A DNA stretch of 64,000 nucleotides, taken from Candidatus Levybacteria bacterium RIFCSPLOWO2_12_FULL_41_12 (GTDB lineage Bacteria > Patescibacteriota > Microgenomatia > Levybacterales > UBA12049). The notes below the pieces were generated by a model. The model was given only the letters and a program-made list of their open reading frames with translations. It made no database searches and had not been told where the DNA came from. Below, in pieces: positions 26,721 to 34,597 of the stretch; positions within the stretch are counted from its first letter, which is position 1; the number at the start of each line of letters is the position of its first letter. The DNA is taken from the NCBI GenBank assembly GCA_001784155.1, contig MFPL01000002.1:108520-172519 (forward strand), in the 5' to 3' direction. A program made the translations under genes and the position numbers.

Positions 26721-27510
26721 AGGGTTATTATAGTAAATTCATTTTTAAATATCTCTATAATCAAGTGGGACTGGCTTGTGGATTGAGCTGGAACTATGAG
26801 GAACTAACCGAGGGTTTTTACCCTCGGTTTTTAAACCACAACTTGTGGGTACCACAATTTTGTGATAGCTCGAAGCTAAACTGTGGGTTTTGTGGATTTT
26901 AATTTTTTACCCACAAAACAGTTGTGGAGCGGCGTCCGCCGCCCCCGCCCCTCGGGATTTACGCCCTGAAAAGGAGGACTGCCGTCACGCCAAACTCTAC
27001 TTACCACCGACTTTCGGATAGGCAGTCCGACCCAAGCGAGCACCGCGAAAATTACTTTTAATTGAAATCCCGGCGGTGCGAGCCATTATGATGTCTCCCA
27101 AAGTTCTTGCCTAAATAGGGGTAGAATATCGCGGCGGGGGCAAAAGCGGATTACCCCGCCGACTGCAGGCGGTTCTAAGTTAGAAGAAAGTTAGCCCCGC
27201 CGAAGCGGGGCGAGTAAGAGACTGTAAAGAGTTTCTAAAAATGTACATCTGTGGGCGAAGCCGCCCCTAGGCGGCTCTCTCGCATAAAGGCGGGGTCGCC
27301 GCTCCTTTTCGCGGGTGGGTGGGTTATTAATTTGGTATAATAAAAATCGCGCGTTCCTTAGGGCATAAAATACCCCGAAGCAAAGTTTCACTTGCGACGG
27401 GGCAGGCAAAAGAGCGAGGCCGAAGGCCGAGCGGTACAATAATAGGACGAGCGAAGCGAGGACTACCTTTTAATAAAAGAAGTTCTAACTTTTTCGTATA
27501 TCACGACCAA
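26721..27510. other. About 0.8 kb noncoding block, locally GC-rich and dense in GC stem-loops; candidate structured RNA or foreign remnant, unassigned
   Basis: No credible ORF. ORFs 27191..27439 and 27511..27804 look spurious. Many perfect GC hairpins (CCGAGGG-UUUUUA-CCCUCGG, CCCCGC-CGAA-GCGGGG, GCCGCC-CCUAG-GCGGC). Long-range complementarity between CCACAACUUGUGGGUA (26835-50) and UACCCACAAAACAGUUGUGG (26909-28). GC runs such as GGCGGCGTCCGCCGCCCCCGCCCCTCGGG. Confidence 0.4.
26809..26831 (+). terminator. Intrinsic-terminator-like hairpin (CCGAGGG UUUUUA CCCUCGG UUUUU)
   Basis: 7-bp GC-rich stem followed by U5 on the plus strand. It would terminate a short plus-strand transcript starting after a TATAAT at 26753. 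Confidence 0.4.
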
Positions 27511-27724
27511 TTACCTTGGCCTTCTAATTAACGGTCCCAAGCGGGGAATCCACCTGTCATGTATGTAGGTGGGGCTTGCCGTTGAACTTTTATGGTTCCT
27601 GGGTTCTGTGTAGGAATTCAAGCGAGCTGTTCTTTGTGGACTTGCTTTCCAAGCTTCACCATAGTCTTCTGGCATAAGAGGACGACCCCTGTGAGATTGT
27701 ATTTCTACTTCAAGCCAAGACATA

Positions 27725-28189
27725 TTACCTCTTTGGAGATTGTTTCTTGCGTCTGGATTTTCCGCCCATTCCCACTTTCCGTCTTTCTCTTGCTCTTTGA
27801 TCACGAGTCAAAAGTCCTTGCTTCTTAAGAAGCGGTCTTAAGGATGCGTCAAGTTCCGAAAAAGCCCTTGCAATCCCCATAACCGCAGCGTCCAATTGGC
27901 TCGAAGTTCCTCCACCATGAACCCTGATGGTAGCTGAGAATTTGTTAAGACTATCTGTAATTTTAAAAGGTAATTCATATCTGGCCCTTGCCACTTCTCC
28001 ACCGAAATATTCTTTTATTGCACGCCCATTAACCACCAAATCACCTTTTTTAAGGGTAACTTCGCCGAACTTTAGATTATCCGGTAATTTGGCATAAAGC
28101 CTTACCCTGGCTACAGCTTCTCTTCTTCGACCCACTGCAGAAACGTAAACTTTAGTGCCTTTTTTATTTGTAATCTTTTCTTCAGCCAT
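27725..28189 (-). CDS. rpsI: 30S ribosomal protein S9 (N-terminally extended)
   Basis: 154 aa ending ...GGKSRRKKQSPKR. The S9 core is GGGTSSQLDAAVMGIARAF. Confidence 0.9.
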   Translation of the reverse strand: MAEEKITNKKGTKVYVSAVGRRREAVARVRLYAKLPDNLKFGEVTLKKGDLVVNGRAIKEYFGGEVARARYELPFKITDSLNKFSATIRVHGGGTSSQLDAAVMGIARAFSELDASLRPLLKKQGLLTRDQRARERRKVGMGGKSRRKKQSPKR

Positions 28190-28191
28190 AT

Positions 28192-28605
28192 TTATGCTTT
28201 CTTAAATTTTTCTTGATATTTATGTTCTTCTCCCGAAAATACGAAAAGCCTTTTTAACATTTGGTCCCTAAGTTTATTCTGAGGAAGCATCCCCTTAACA
28301 GCGTGGATTATTATTTCTTCAGGCTTTCTCGCTCTTAGCTGCTCCAATGTTTCAGACTTATATCCTCCCGGAAAACCAGAATGCCTTGAATAAACTTTAT
28401 TTTTTTCTTTTGTTCCGGTTACTCTTACTTCTTTCGCATTAACAACTACAACGTAATCCCCGCAATCAAGATGTCTTACGAAATAAGATTTGCTTTTCCC
28501 CATCAATAATTTAGCAATATCGGTAGATATTCTTCCCAAGATTTTGTCCCCTACGTTAATTAAATGCCATTCCCTTTGTATGTCTTTGTCTCTTGTTGCT
28601 TTCAT
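28192..28605 (-). CDS. rplM: 50S ribosomal protein L13
   Basis: 137 aa. WHLINVGDKILGRISTDIAKLLMGK is the typical L13 N-terminus. Confidence 0.9.
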   Translation of the reverse strand: MKATRDKDIQREWHLINVGDKILGRISTDIAKLLMGKSKSYFVRHLDCGDYVVVVNAKEVRVTGTKEKNKVYSRHSGFPGGYKSETLEQLRARKPEEIIIHAVKGMLPQNKLRDQMLKRLFVFSGEEHKYQEKFKKA

Positions 28606-29084
28606 TTACTTTTCTTCTCTACTTTTTTAGAGGTTTTTATTTGCTTCTTAACCTTTTTCTTTACCACGGGCTTTGCTTTTACTGCCTTAACTTTCTTAAC
28701 AGGTTTTGAGACTTTTTCACGCACAACCTCTGCTCTCTCCATCCATTCCATTATCACCATCGAAGCATTGTCAGAGAACCTATTTCCCAGTCTTACAATT
28801 CTTGTATAGCCACCCTGCCTGTCTTTAAAGCTTGGCGCTATATCTGTAATCATTTTTTCCAACGCGTCAGGCGACAGATCCGCAGACAAAAGCCTTCTTG
28901 CGTGAGATTCTTCTTTCTTTGCTTTCGTAACCAGCTTATCAACTTCAGCTCTTATTGCCTTTGCTTTTTGCTCTGTAGTTCTAATTCTTCCTTCGTTTAC
29001 CAAAGAAGTCATAAGGCCTTTGAACAAAGCTTTTCTTTCATTTTTATCTCTCTTAAATTGTCGGCCGAATACATTTTTCCTCAT
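28602..29084 (-). CDS. rplQ: 50S ribosomal protein L17 (Lys-rich C-terminal extension)
   Basis: 160 aa. MRKNVFGRQFKRDKNERKALFKGL...GGYTRIVRLGNR core with a KKVKAVKAKPVVKKK tail. Confidence 0.9.
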   Translation of the reverse strand: MRKNVFGRQFKRDKNERKALFKGLMTSLVNEGRIRTTEQKAKAIRAEVDKLVTKAKKEESHARRLLSADLSPDALEKMITDIAPSFKDRQGGYTRIVRLGNRFSDNASMVIMEWMERAEVVREKVSKPVKKVKAVKAKPVVKKKVKKQIKTSKKVEKKSK

Positions 29085-29146
29085 ACTTTAAAAAAATCCG
29101 AAGCACGAAACCTTAAATACGAAACGTTTATATCAAGCTTTTATTT

Positions 29147-29180
29147 GTTTCGAAATTCGAATTTCGGATTTCGGATTTGA
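29147..29180 (-). promoter_or_regulatory. Tandem 7-nt array (ATCCGAA ATCCGAA ATTCGAA TTTCGAA on the minus strand) between rpoA and rplQ
   Basis: Directly repeated heptads that vary from the TTNGAAA class seen elsewhere. Confidence 0.3.
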
Positions 29181-29182
29181 CA

Positions 29183-30112
29183 CTAGGCGGACAGTTCTAT
29201 TCCCTTTTCCTTAAGTTTATCTTCTATTACTGATATTGATTTACCCCCCATATTTCTCATCGAAATAAGGTCTTTTCGGGGAGTTGTAAGAAGGTCTCCT
29301 AGGGTTTCTATTCCGCCATTTCTTAGACTATTGTATATTCTTGTAGGTAGATCGAGCTCATCAACCGTAAGCTTAAGAACTGCATCCGGAACAGAAGACG
29401 ATACTGCTGAAGACTCTACGGGCGCTTCTGCTTTTGGATCATAAATCTGAGTAAAGTATGAGGAAACAGTTCTTGCCGCCTCATCAATTGCCTCTCTGGG
29501 AGTTATTACTCCATTTGTCCAAACACTTATAACCAGCTTATCAAGGTTTGTTTGTCTTCCCACGCGGGTTGCTGAAACGTGATGCCTTACTCTTTTAACG
29601 GGGGAGAAAATGGCGTCTGTTGGGATTACCCCAAGACTTGAACTTCTCCTTTCTTCAGACAGTGAATATCCATATCCCTTGTCGATGGTCATTTCCATTT
29701 CTAGCTTTCCTTTTTTATCAGAAAGTGAAGCAATATAATGATCTTTATTCACTATCTCAACTCCGTCTGGGAGATCGACATCTTTGCCCGTAATTTCTTT
29801 TGCTCCTTTTACGGAAAGCCTTACCGTGCTTGTAGTTTTACCGTCTGCCAGCTTAAAACTAAGTCCCTTAAGATTAAGGAGAAGATCCACGATGTTCTCC
29901 TTAAGGCCTGGAAGGGTAGAAAATCTATGTTTTGCTCCAGAAATCTTAACAGATGTAATTGCAACTCCTGGGATTGATATTAGAAGGGCACGCCTTAATG
30001 CATGACCCAAAGTATGACCATATCCCGGCTCAAGGGGTTCAATTGCGAACTCCCCAAACTCTTTAGTCGATTCCAGTTCTTTTATCTTAAAATTAGGCTC
30101 TACCATAAGCAT
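29183..30112 (-). CDS. rpoA: DNA-directed RNA polymerase subunit alpha
   Basis: 309 aa. N-terminal domain EPLEPGYGHTLGHALRRALL and C-terminal domain LDLPTRIYNSLRNGGIETLGDL. Confidence 0.95.
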   Translation of the reverse strand: MLMVEPNFKIKELESTKEFGEFAIEPLEPGYGHTLGHALRRALLISIPGVAITSVKISGAKHRFSTLPGLKENIVDLLLNLKGLSFKLADGKTTSTVRLSVKGAKEITGKDVDLPDGVEIVNKDHYIASLSDKKGKLEMEMTIDKGYGYSLSEERRSSSLGVIPTDAIFSPVKRVRHHVSATRVGRQTNLDKLVISVWTNGVITPREAIDEAARTVSSYFTQIYDPKAEAPVESSAVSSSVPDAVLKLTVDELDLPTRIYNSLRNGGIETLGDLLTTPRKDLISMRNMGGKSISVIEDKLKEKGIELSA

Positions 30113-30123
30113 CTATTCTACCA

Positions 30124-30723
30124 TTATCTAGAGTAATATTCAATAATTAGCTGCGTGTCGAAAGGAACCTCTACGTCATCTTTCTTGGGAACTCTTAGGA
30201 GCTTTCCTGAAACTCCTTCTCTCTTAAGAAACGGCAAAACCTGGCTTTCCTCTATAGCCTTCGCTACCCCTAGGTTCTTCTGAATTTTTGTGCCAAGACT
30301 TATTACATCGTCGACTTTCACCTGATAAGACGGGATATTAAGTTTTTTCCCATTTACCGTTATGTGTCCATGGGAGACTAGCTGGCGAGCCATAAACCTA
30401 GATTGAGCGAATCCAAGTCTATAAACAAGATTATCGAGCCTTGTCTCAAGGAGTGAAATCAAATGCTCATCTGTCTCACCCTTTTTTCGCTCGACATTCT
30501 GGAAAAGCTTTTTAAATTGCTTTTCCATCAGTCCATATACAGATTTTGCCTTTTGTTTCTCCCTAAGCTGCTGGCCGAATTCAGAAAGCCTTCTCTTCCT
30601 TTTTCGGGCGTGTTGTCCAGGAGGAATGTTTAGCCTTCTCTGAAGACTTGCCGACGTTTTGTCGAGCACATTTACTCCCTCTCGTCTTGCTAGTTTATGT
30701 TTTGGTCCGGTGTATCTACCCAT
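30124..30723 (-). CDS. rpsD: 30S ribosomal protein S4
   Basis: 199 aa. MGRYTGPKHKLARREG with an S4 domain. Confidence 0.95.
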   Translation of the reverse strand: MGRYTGPKHKLARREGVNVLDKTSASLQRRLNIPPGQHARKRKRRLSEFGQQLREKQKAKSVYGLMEKQFKKLFQNVERKKGETDEHLISLLETRLDNLVYRLGFAQSRFMARQLVSHGHITVNGKKLNIPSYQVKVDDVISLGTKIQKNLGVAKAIEESQVLPFLKREGVSGKLLRVPKKDDVEVPFDTQLIIEYYSR

Positions 30724-30742
30724 AGATTATCCTCCAATCTAT

Positions 30743-30811
30743 GGAATTTCCAATTTCCAATTTCCAATTTCCAATCAATTTTGAGATTTGATTTTTGAGA
30801 TTTGAGATTTT
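30743..30811 (-). promoter_or_regulatory. Heptad arrays upstream of rpsD: (TCTCAAA)x3-4 followed by (TTGGAAA)x4, ending about 20 nt before the GGAGG SD
   Basis: Minus strand reads ...TCTCAAATCTCAAAAATCAAATCTCAAAATTGATTGGAAATTGGAAATTGGAAATTGGAAATTCCATAGATTGGAGGATAATCTATG. Confidence 0.45.
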
Positions 30812-30813
30812 CG

Positions 30814-31218
30814 TCATACTCTCCTTTTCTTACTCGCCCTAGGCCCATTGTGCGGTATTGGTGTAATATCAGCGATCATAGAAATAGAAAGGCCTGCGCT
30901 CTTAATCGCACGTAGAGCAGAATCCCTACCAGGGCCCGGTCCTTTAATAAAGACGTCTACATTTCTTAGGCCTTTAGCTGCAGCTTTCTTTGCTACTGTT
31001 TCAACGGCGGTGGACGCAGCAAATGGAGTAGACTTTCTTGTACCCTTAAATCCACTTGATCCAGATGAGCTCCAAGCAATAGTATCTCCTTTATTATTTG
31101 TAATCGTAACTAAGGTGTTATTGAAAGTAGCGGTTATATAAATCTTTCCGCTATCAGAAACCACTACCCCAGTTTTTTTCTTTGGACTAACTTTTACTGT
31201 AGTCTTTTTTTCTGCCAT
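30814..31218 (-). CDS. rpsK: 30S ribosomal protein S11
   Basis: 134 aa. Canonical S11 C-terminus GITPIPHNGPRASKKRRV. Confidence 0.95.
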   Translation of the reverse strand: MAEKKTTVKVSPKKKTGVVVSDSGKIYITATFNNTLVTITNNKGDTIAWSSSGSSGFKGTRKSTPFAASTAVETVAKKAAAKGLRNVDVFIKGPGPGRDSALRAIKSAGLSISMIADITPIPHNGPRASKKRRV

Positions 31219-31219
31219 A

Positions 31220-31630
31220 TTATTCTGCTACTTTTGCTGTAGCCGCCCCCTCCATCTTTACTGCTACCTCTTTCTTTATTGCCCCAATTGTTACCCTCTT
31301 TCCTCTCTTAGTTCTTGCATTTGACCTGGTTCTTTGCCCCCTGGCCGGCAAATTCTTACTGTGCCTTGTTCCCCTATAGGAATTTATCTCTTTCAGTCTT
31401 TTTATATTCCCCAAAACTTCTGCTCTTAAATCGCCTTCTATCTTGTGCTTTTCCAATGCATGCTGAATCCTTTTTTGCTCATCTTCTGACAACTCCTTTG
31501 CTCTTTTTTCACCGTCTACCTTAGCTTCCTTAAGAATGCCCACAACATTCCTTCTTCCCACTCCATACAAATAAGACAGGGCAATGTTGACCTTTTTTTC
31601 GTCCGGAATGTTTATTCCTGAAATTCTCAT
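31220..31630 (-). CDS. rpsM: 30S ribosomal protein S13
   Basis: 136 aa. MRISGINIPDEKKVNIALSYLYGVG. Confidence 0.95.
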   Translation of the reverse strand: MRISGINIPDEKKVNIALSYLYGVGRRNVVGILKEAKVDGEKRAKELSEDEQKRIQHALEKHKIEGDLRAEVLGNIKRLKEINSYRGTRHSKNLPARGQRTRSNARTKRGKRVTIGAIKKEVAVKMEGAATAKVAE

Positions 31631-31656
31631 AGTTTATCCTGAGCAAAGTCGAAGGA

Positions 31657-31770
31657 TTATCCTTGCCTTTGTTTGTGCCTTGGATTATCGCAGATAACCC
31701 TAAGCACTCCTTTCCTTTTTATAATTTTGCATTTTGAGCATCTTGGCTTTATGCTTGCATGTACTTTCAT
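31657..31770 (-). CDS. rpmJ: 50S ribosomal protein L36 (37 aa; below the ORF-track threshold)
   Basis: Minus-strand translation gives [37 protein letters not shown] with the C-x2-C...C...H zinc ribbon. It sits in the expected infA-rpmJ-rpsM position. Confidence 0.8.
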   Translation of the reverse strand: MKVHASIKPRCSKCKIIKRKGVLRVICDNPRHKQRQG

Positions 31771-31884
31771 AGTCCTTCGCTTTTCCTTTCTTACAAACCT
31801 ATACTCTTTCTCCTAATGCCTGATTTTCGAAATCAAGCTTCGGAGCTATGACCCATCCGAAACTTTAGTGAAGGAGGGTCATAT

Positions 31885-32103
31885 TTATCTAATCCTATAA
31901 ACAATTCTTCCCTTTTCTTTATCGTATGGCGTCATTTCGATTCGAACTTTGTCTCCCGGGAGAATCTTTATATAATTCATCCTCATTTTTCCGGATAAGT
32001 GACATAGCACGACGCTTCCGTCTATCAGCTCGACCTTAAATAAAGTATTTGGCAGAGATTCAAGGACCTTACCTTCTACCTCAAACGAACCCTGATGAAC
32101 CAT
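31885..32103 (-). CDS. infA: Translation initiation factor IF-1
   Basis: 72 aa with an S1-like fold. [24 protein letters not shown]. Confidence 0.95.
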   Translation of the reverse strand: MVHQGSFEVEGKVLESLPNTLFKVELIDGSVVLCHLSGKMRMNYIKILPGDKVRIEMTPYDKEKGRIVYRIR

Positions 32104-32193
32104 ATAATACTAAAAAAACAACTCCCACTAAATCCTAGGGAATTTGGATTTACATTATAACAAACTAGCCTCTAAAGAGCAATCTTTATAAAG

Positions 32194-32955
32194 CTAGGGA
32201 GTTAATATCCTGGGTCCCTTATCTGTTATCGCAACCGTCCTCTCGAAAAGTCCTGAAAGCGATCCGTCTTCTGTTTTTATAGTCCATCTGTCGTCTGCTG
32301 AATACACTACCCCTGGCTCGCCCATGTTATAAATTACCTCGATTGCAATAGTCATACCTTTTTTCAAAAGCGGCGTTTTCTCTATCTCCTCATCCAAAAA
32401 CCCGGGCACTTCCGGATCCTCATGCAGCTGCCTGCCTACTCCGTGACCGATAAGGGAACGAACGACTGAATACCCCCCGCCCTCTACGGTGTCTTGTATT
32501 GTTTTTGAGATATTTCCTATCCTATTACCCGCTCTTGCCTGCTTTATAGCCGCTAGAAGCGCAGTTTTCCCGGTATTTAGGAATTTTTCGATTTCCTCTG
32601 ACTCTTTATTCTTTTTTCCTACCATGACAGTTTCTGACATGTCGGAGTTAAAGCCTTTATAAAACACTCCGCAGTCTATCCCCACGATATCTAAATCCTT
32701 TAATTTATAGTGAGAGGGAATTCCATGAACTACTACTGAGTTCGTAGAAATACACGTTGCATAGCGATAGTCTTTTACTTTTTTAAAGGCAGGCTCAGCC
32801 CCACTTTTTAGTATTAACCCCTCTGCCAGTAAGTCTATTTCCTGCTCAGACGTCCCTTCTCTAACTGCCTTCAGGCTCGAACGCAAAACCTGTGACAAAA
32901 TCCGTCCTGCATCTGCCATTATCTTAATTTCCTCTTGATTTTTTATATGAATCAT
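32194..32955 (-). CDS. map: Methionine aminopeptidase type I
   Basis: 253 aa. Metal ligand contexts DIVGIDCGV, GHGVGRQLHE, IAIE. Confidence 0.9.
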   Translation of the reverse strand: MIHIKNQEEIKIMADAGRILSQVLRSSLKAVREGTSEQEIDLLAEGLILKSGAEPAFKKVKDYRYATCISTNSVVVHGIPSHYKLKDLDIVGIDCGVFYKGFNSDMSETVMVGKKNKESEEIEKFLNTGKTALLAAIKQARAGNRIGNISKTIQDTVEGGGYSVVRSLIGHGVGRQLHEDPEVPGFLDEEIEKTPLLKKGMTIAIEVIYNMGEPGVVYSADDRWTIKTEDGSLSGLFERTVAITDKGPRILTP

Positions 32956-33509
32956 ATTTCTAGTTTTTTAGCTATTTCTCTTTGAACATCATCTATAGAA
33001 CGCCCTCCGTCTATCTCCTCAAGCAGGCTCAACTCCCTAAAGCGATTTACTAAATATTCCCTGTCTGCATCCTGAAGCCTTCTCCTCTTTCTTACTACTT
33101 CAATATTGTCATCCTTTCTTCCTCTCTCGGTTAGTCTTCTTTCCATTTCCGACTCATCAATTTTCAAATAAAAAACCTTATCAATCTCTCTGTCTTTATC
33201 CCTTAGGTATTTCATGAAAACATCTAGATCTTCTTTGTTCGCTGGAAAATTATCTAAGATATATCCGCCCTCGAGCAAATCTAATTTCTCTCTTAGGAGA
33301 TGAAATTTCAAAGAAGCTGGAAGATGGAGGCCTTTCATGCTATAGTTCTCGAATCCCTCTATGGCCTTAGGATCACCTTTTCCATATGCTTCTCTTATTA
33401 GGGCACCCATTGAAAAAACTGGCATACTCATCTTTTCTGCCAAAAGACCAGTCTGGGTATCTTTACCAGCAAATGGCGGTCCGATGAAAACAATTATCCT
33501 TTTATCCAT
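32952..33509 (-). CDS. Adenylate/nucleoside-monophosphate kinase-like paralog (P-loop GPPFAGKDTQ)
   Basis: 185 aa. IGPPFAGKDTQ compares with Adk GAPGAGKGTQ. GGYILDNFPANKEDL compares with Adk GFLLDGFPRT. No LID insertion. Confidence 0.5.
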   Translation of the reverse strand: MDKRIIVFIGPPFAGKDTQTGLLAEKMSMPVFSMGALIREAYGKGDPKAIEGFENYSMKGLHLPASLKFHLLREKLDLLEGGYILDNFPANKEDLDVFMKYLRDKDREIDKVFYLKIDESEMERRLTERGRKDDNIEVVRKRRRLQDADREYLVNRFRELSLLEEIDGGRSIDDVQREIAKKLEI

Positions 33510-34068
33510 CAGTTATAATGCTTTTCAGCTTTCTTTCCAATTCTTCCTTAGTCCCATTGTTGGTTATTATTATGTCTGCTACGCTAAGACATGATCGCAC
33601 TTGCAAGCCATATTTTTTTTGACCGAGCCCCATATCTCTTCTGTCTAATTTTTGAAACAGATCCCATGTTAGATTTTCCCTTCTCTTAAGACTTCTTGCT
33701 CTCTCAAATCTCGTCTTCTTAATCGACAATATTCCCACTAATATAAAGTTGCCGTTTTTTCTTAATTCTTCGACTTCTGCAACATTTCTTATCCCGTCAA
33801 TTACTACCCTTGTCCATACGGATTTATTAATCAGGTCAAGTGCCTTTCTGGAAAGGACGCTCGAGCCAAGCTCATGCCTCCATTCATTTCCTATATCCTG
33901 CAGGACTTTGCGAGTAATCTTCAAAACACCTCTTTTTTTCGCTTCTTCTTCTAAAAAATCTGACAGCCTAATACTTTTAAATCCTTCTGAATTAAGATAT
34001 GAAGTGGCTGTTGTTTTCCCGCTCCCAAATCCGCCGGTTATACCTATAATCAAAAACTTATTTTCCAA
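33502..34068 (-). CDS. P-loop kinase, dephospho-CoA kinase/dNMP-kinase-like
   Basis: 188 aa. IGITGGFGSGKTTATSYL resembles the CoaE-type P-loop (L(T/I)GGIGSGKST). Confidence 0.4.
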   Translation of the reverse strand: MENKFLIIGITGGFGSGKTTATSYLNSEGFKSIRLSDFLEEEAKKRGVLKITRKVLQDIGNEWRHELGSSVLSRKALDLINKSVWTRVVIDGIRNVAEVEELRKNGNFILVGILSIKKTRFERARSLKRRENLTWDLFQKLDRRDMGLGQKKYGLQVRSCLSVADIIITNNGTKEELERKLKSIITDG

Positions 34069-34597
34069 GCTTTTCTAAAATATCTTTGTGGATTTCTTCA
34101 ATTGATCTCTCACCATCTATATCCAGCAGAAGGCCTTTCTTTCTGTAATAATCTATAACAGGCTCCGTTACCTCATGAAACAGTTCAATTCTTTTTTTGA
34201 TAGCTTCAGTGCTGCTGTCGGGCCTTGACCCATCACCCTGAAACTGAAGCCTATTCAATGCTTCATTATCTGAGATATCTAAATATATTACCTTGTCCAC
34301 GTTGTTTTTAAATATTTCCACTTGCTCAAGCGTCCTGGGAAACCCATCAATAATATAGCCCTTCTCGTATTCCGGCCTATCTAAATAGCTTTCGACAACT
34401 TGAACGGTTAGGTCGTCCGGCTGAAGAAAGCCTGCGGTCATTATTTCTTTAACTTTTCTGCCTAGAGGAGTTTTTTCTGTTGCAATTTGGCGAAAAATAT
34501 GGCCGGTAGATAAATACGGAACGTTAACCTTTTCAGAAAGGAGATTCCCTTGAGTTGACTTACCGGCTCCCTGTATACCTACGATAACAATTTTCAT
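34058..34597 (-). CDS. adk: Adenylate kinase (short form without LID insertion)
   Basis: 179 aa. IVGIQGAGKSTQ, GYIIDGFPRTLEQV and an arginine-rich C-terminal half. Canonical position after secY. Confidence 0.8.
   Translation of the reverse strand: MKIVIVGIQGAGKSTQGNLLSEKVNVPYLSTGHIFRQIATEKTPLGRKVKEIMTAGFLQPDDLTVQVVESYLDRPEYEKGYIIDGFPRTLEQVEIFKNNVDKVIYLDISDNEALNRLQFQGDGSRPDSSTEAIKKRIELFHEVTEPVIDYYRKKGLLLDIDGERSIEEIHKDILEKLGK

Noticed and set aside
26766-27030. tmRNA hypothesis for the GC-rich block (GGGACUGGCUUGUGGAUUGAGCUGG resembles the tmRNA 5' TLD GGGGCUGAUUCUGGAUUCGACGGG)
   Set aside because: I found no T-arm (GGUUCGAnUCC) with a matching 3' acceptor strand and no convincing tag-peptide reading frame ending in ...AA. 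A terminator-like hairpin sits about 45 nt downstream of the putative 5' end. It is kept only as something to test with a covariance model.
27191-27804. ORFs 27191..27439 (82 aa) and 27511..27804 (97 aa) inside or flanking the GC-rich block
   Set aside because: Arg/Pro-rich translations are typical of reading through GC-rich structured DNA. The second ORF overlaps the 3' end of rpsI in another frame. There is no SD or promoter context.
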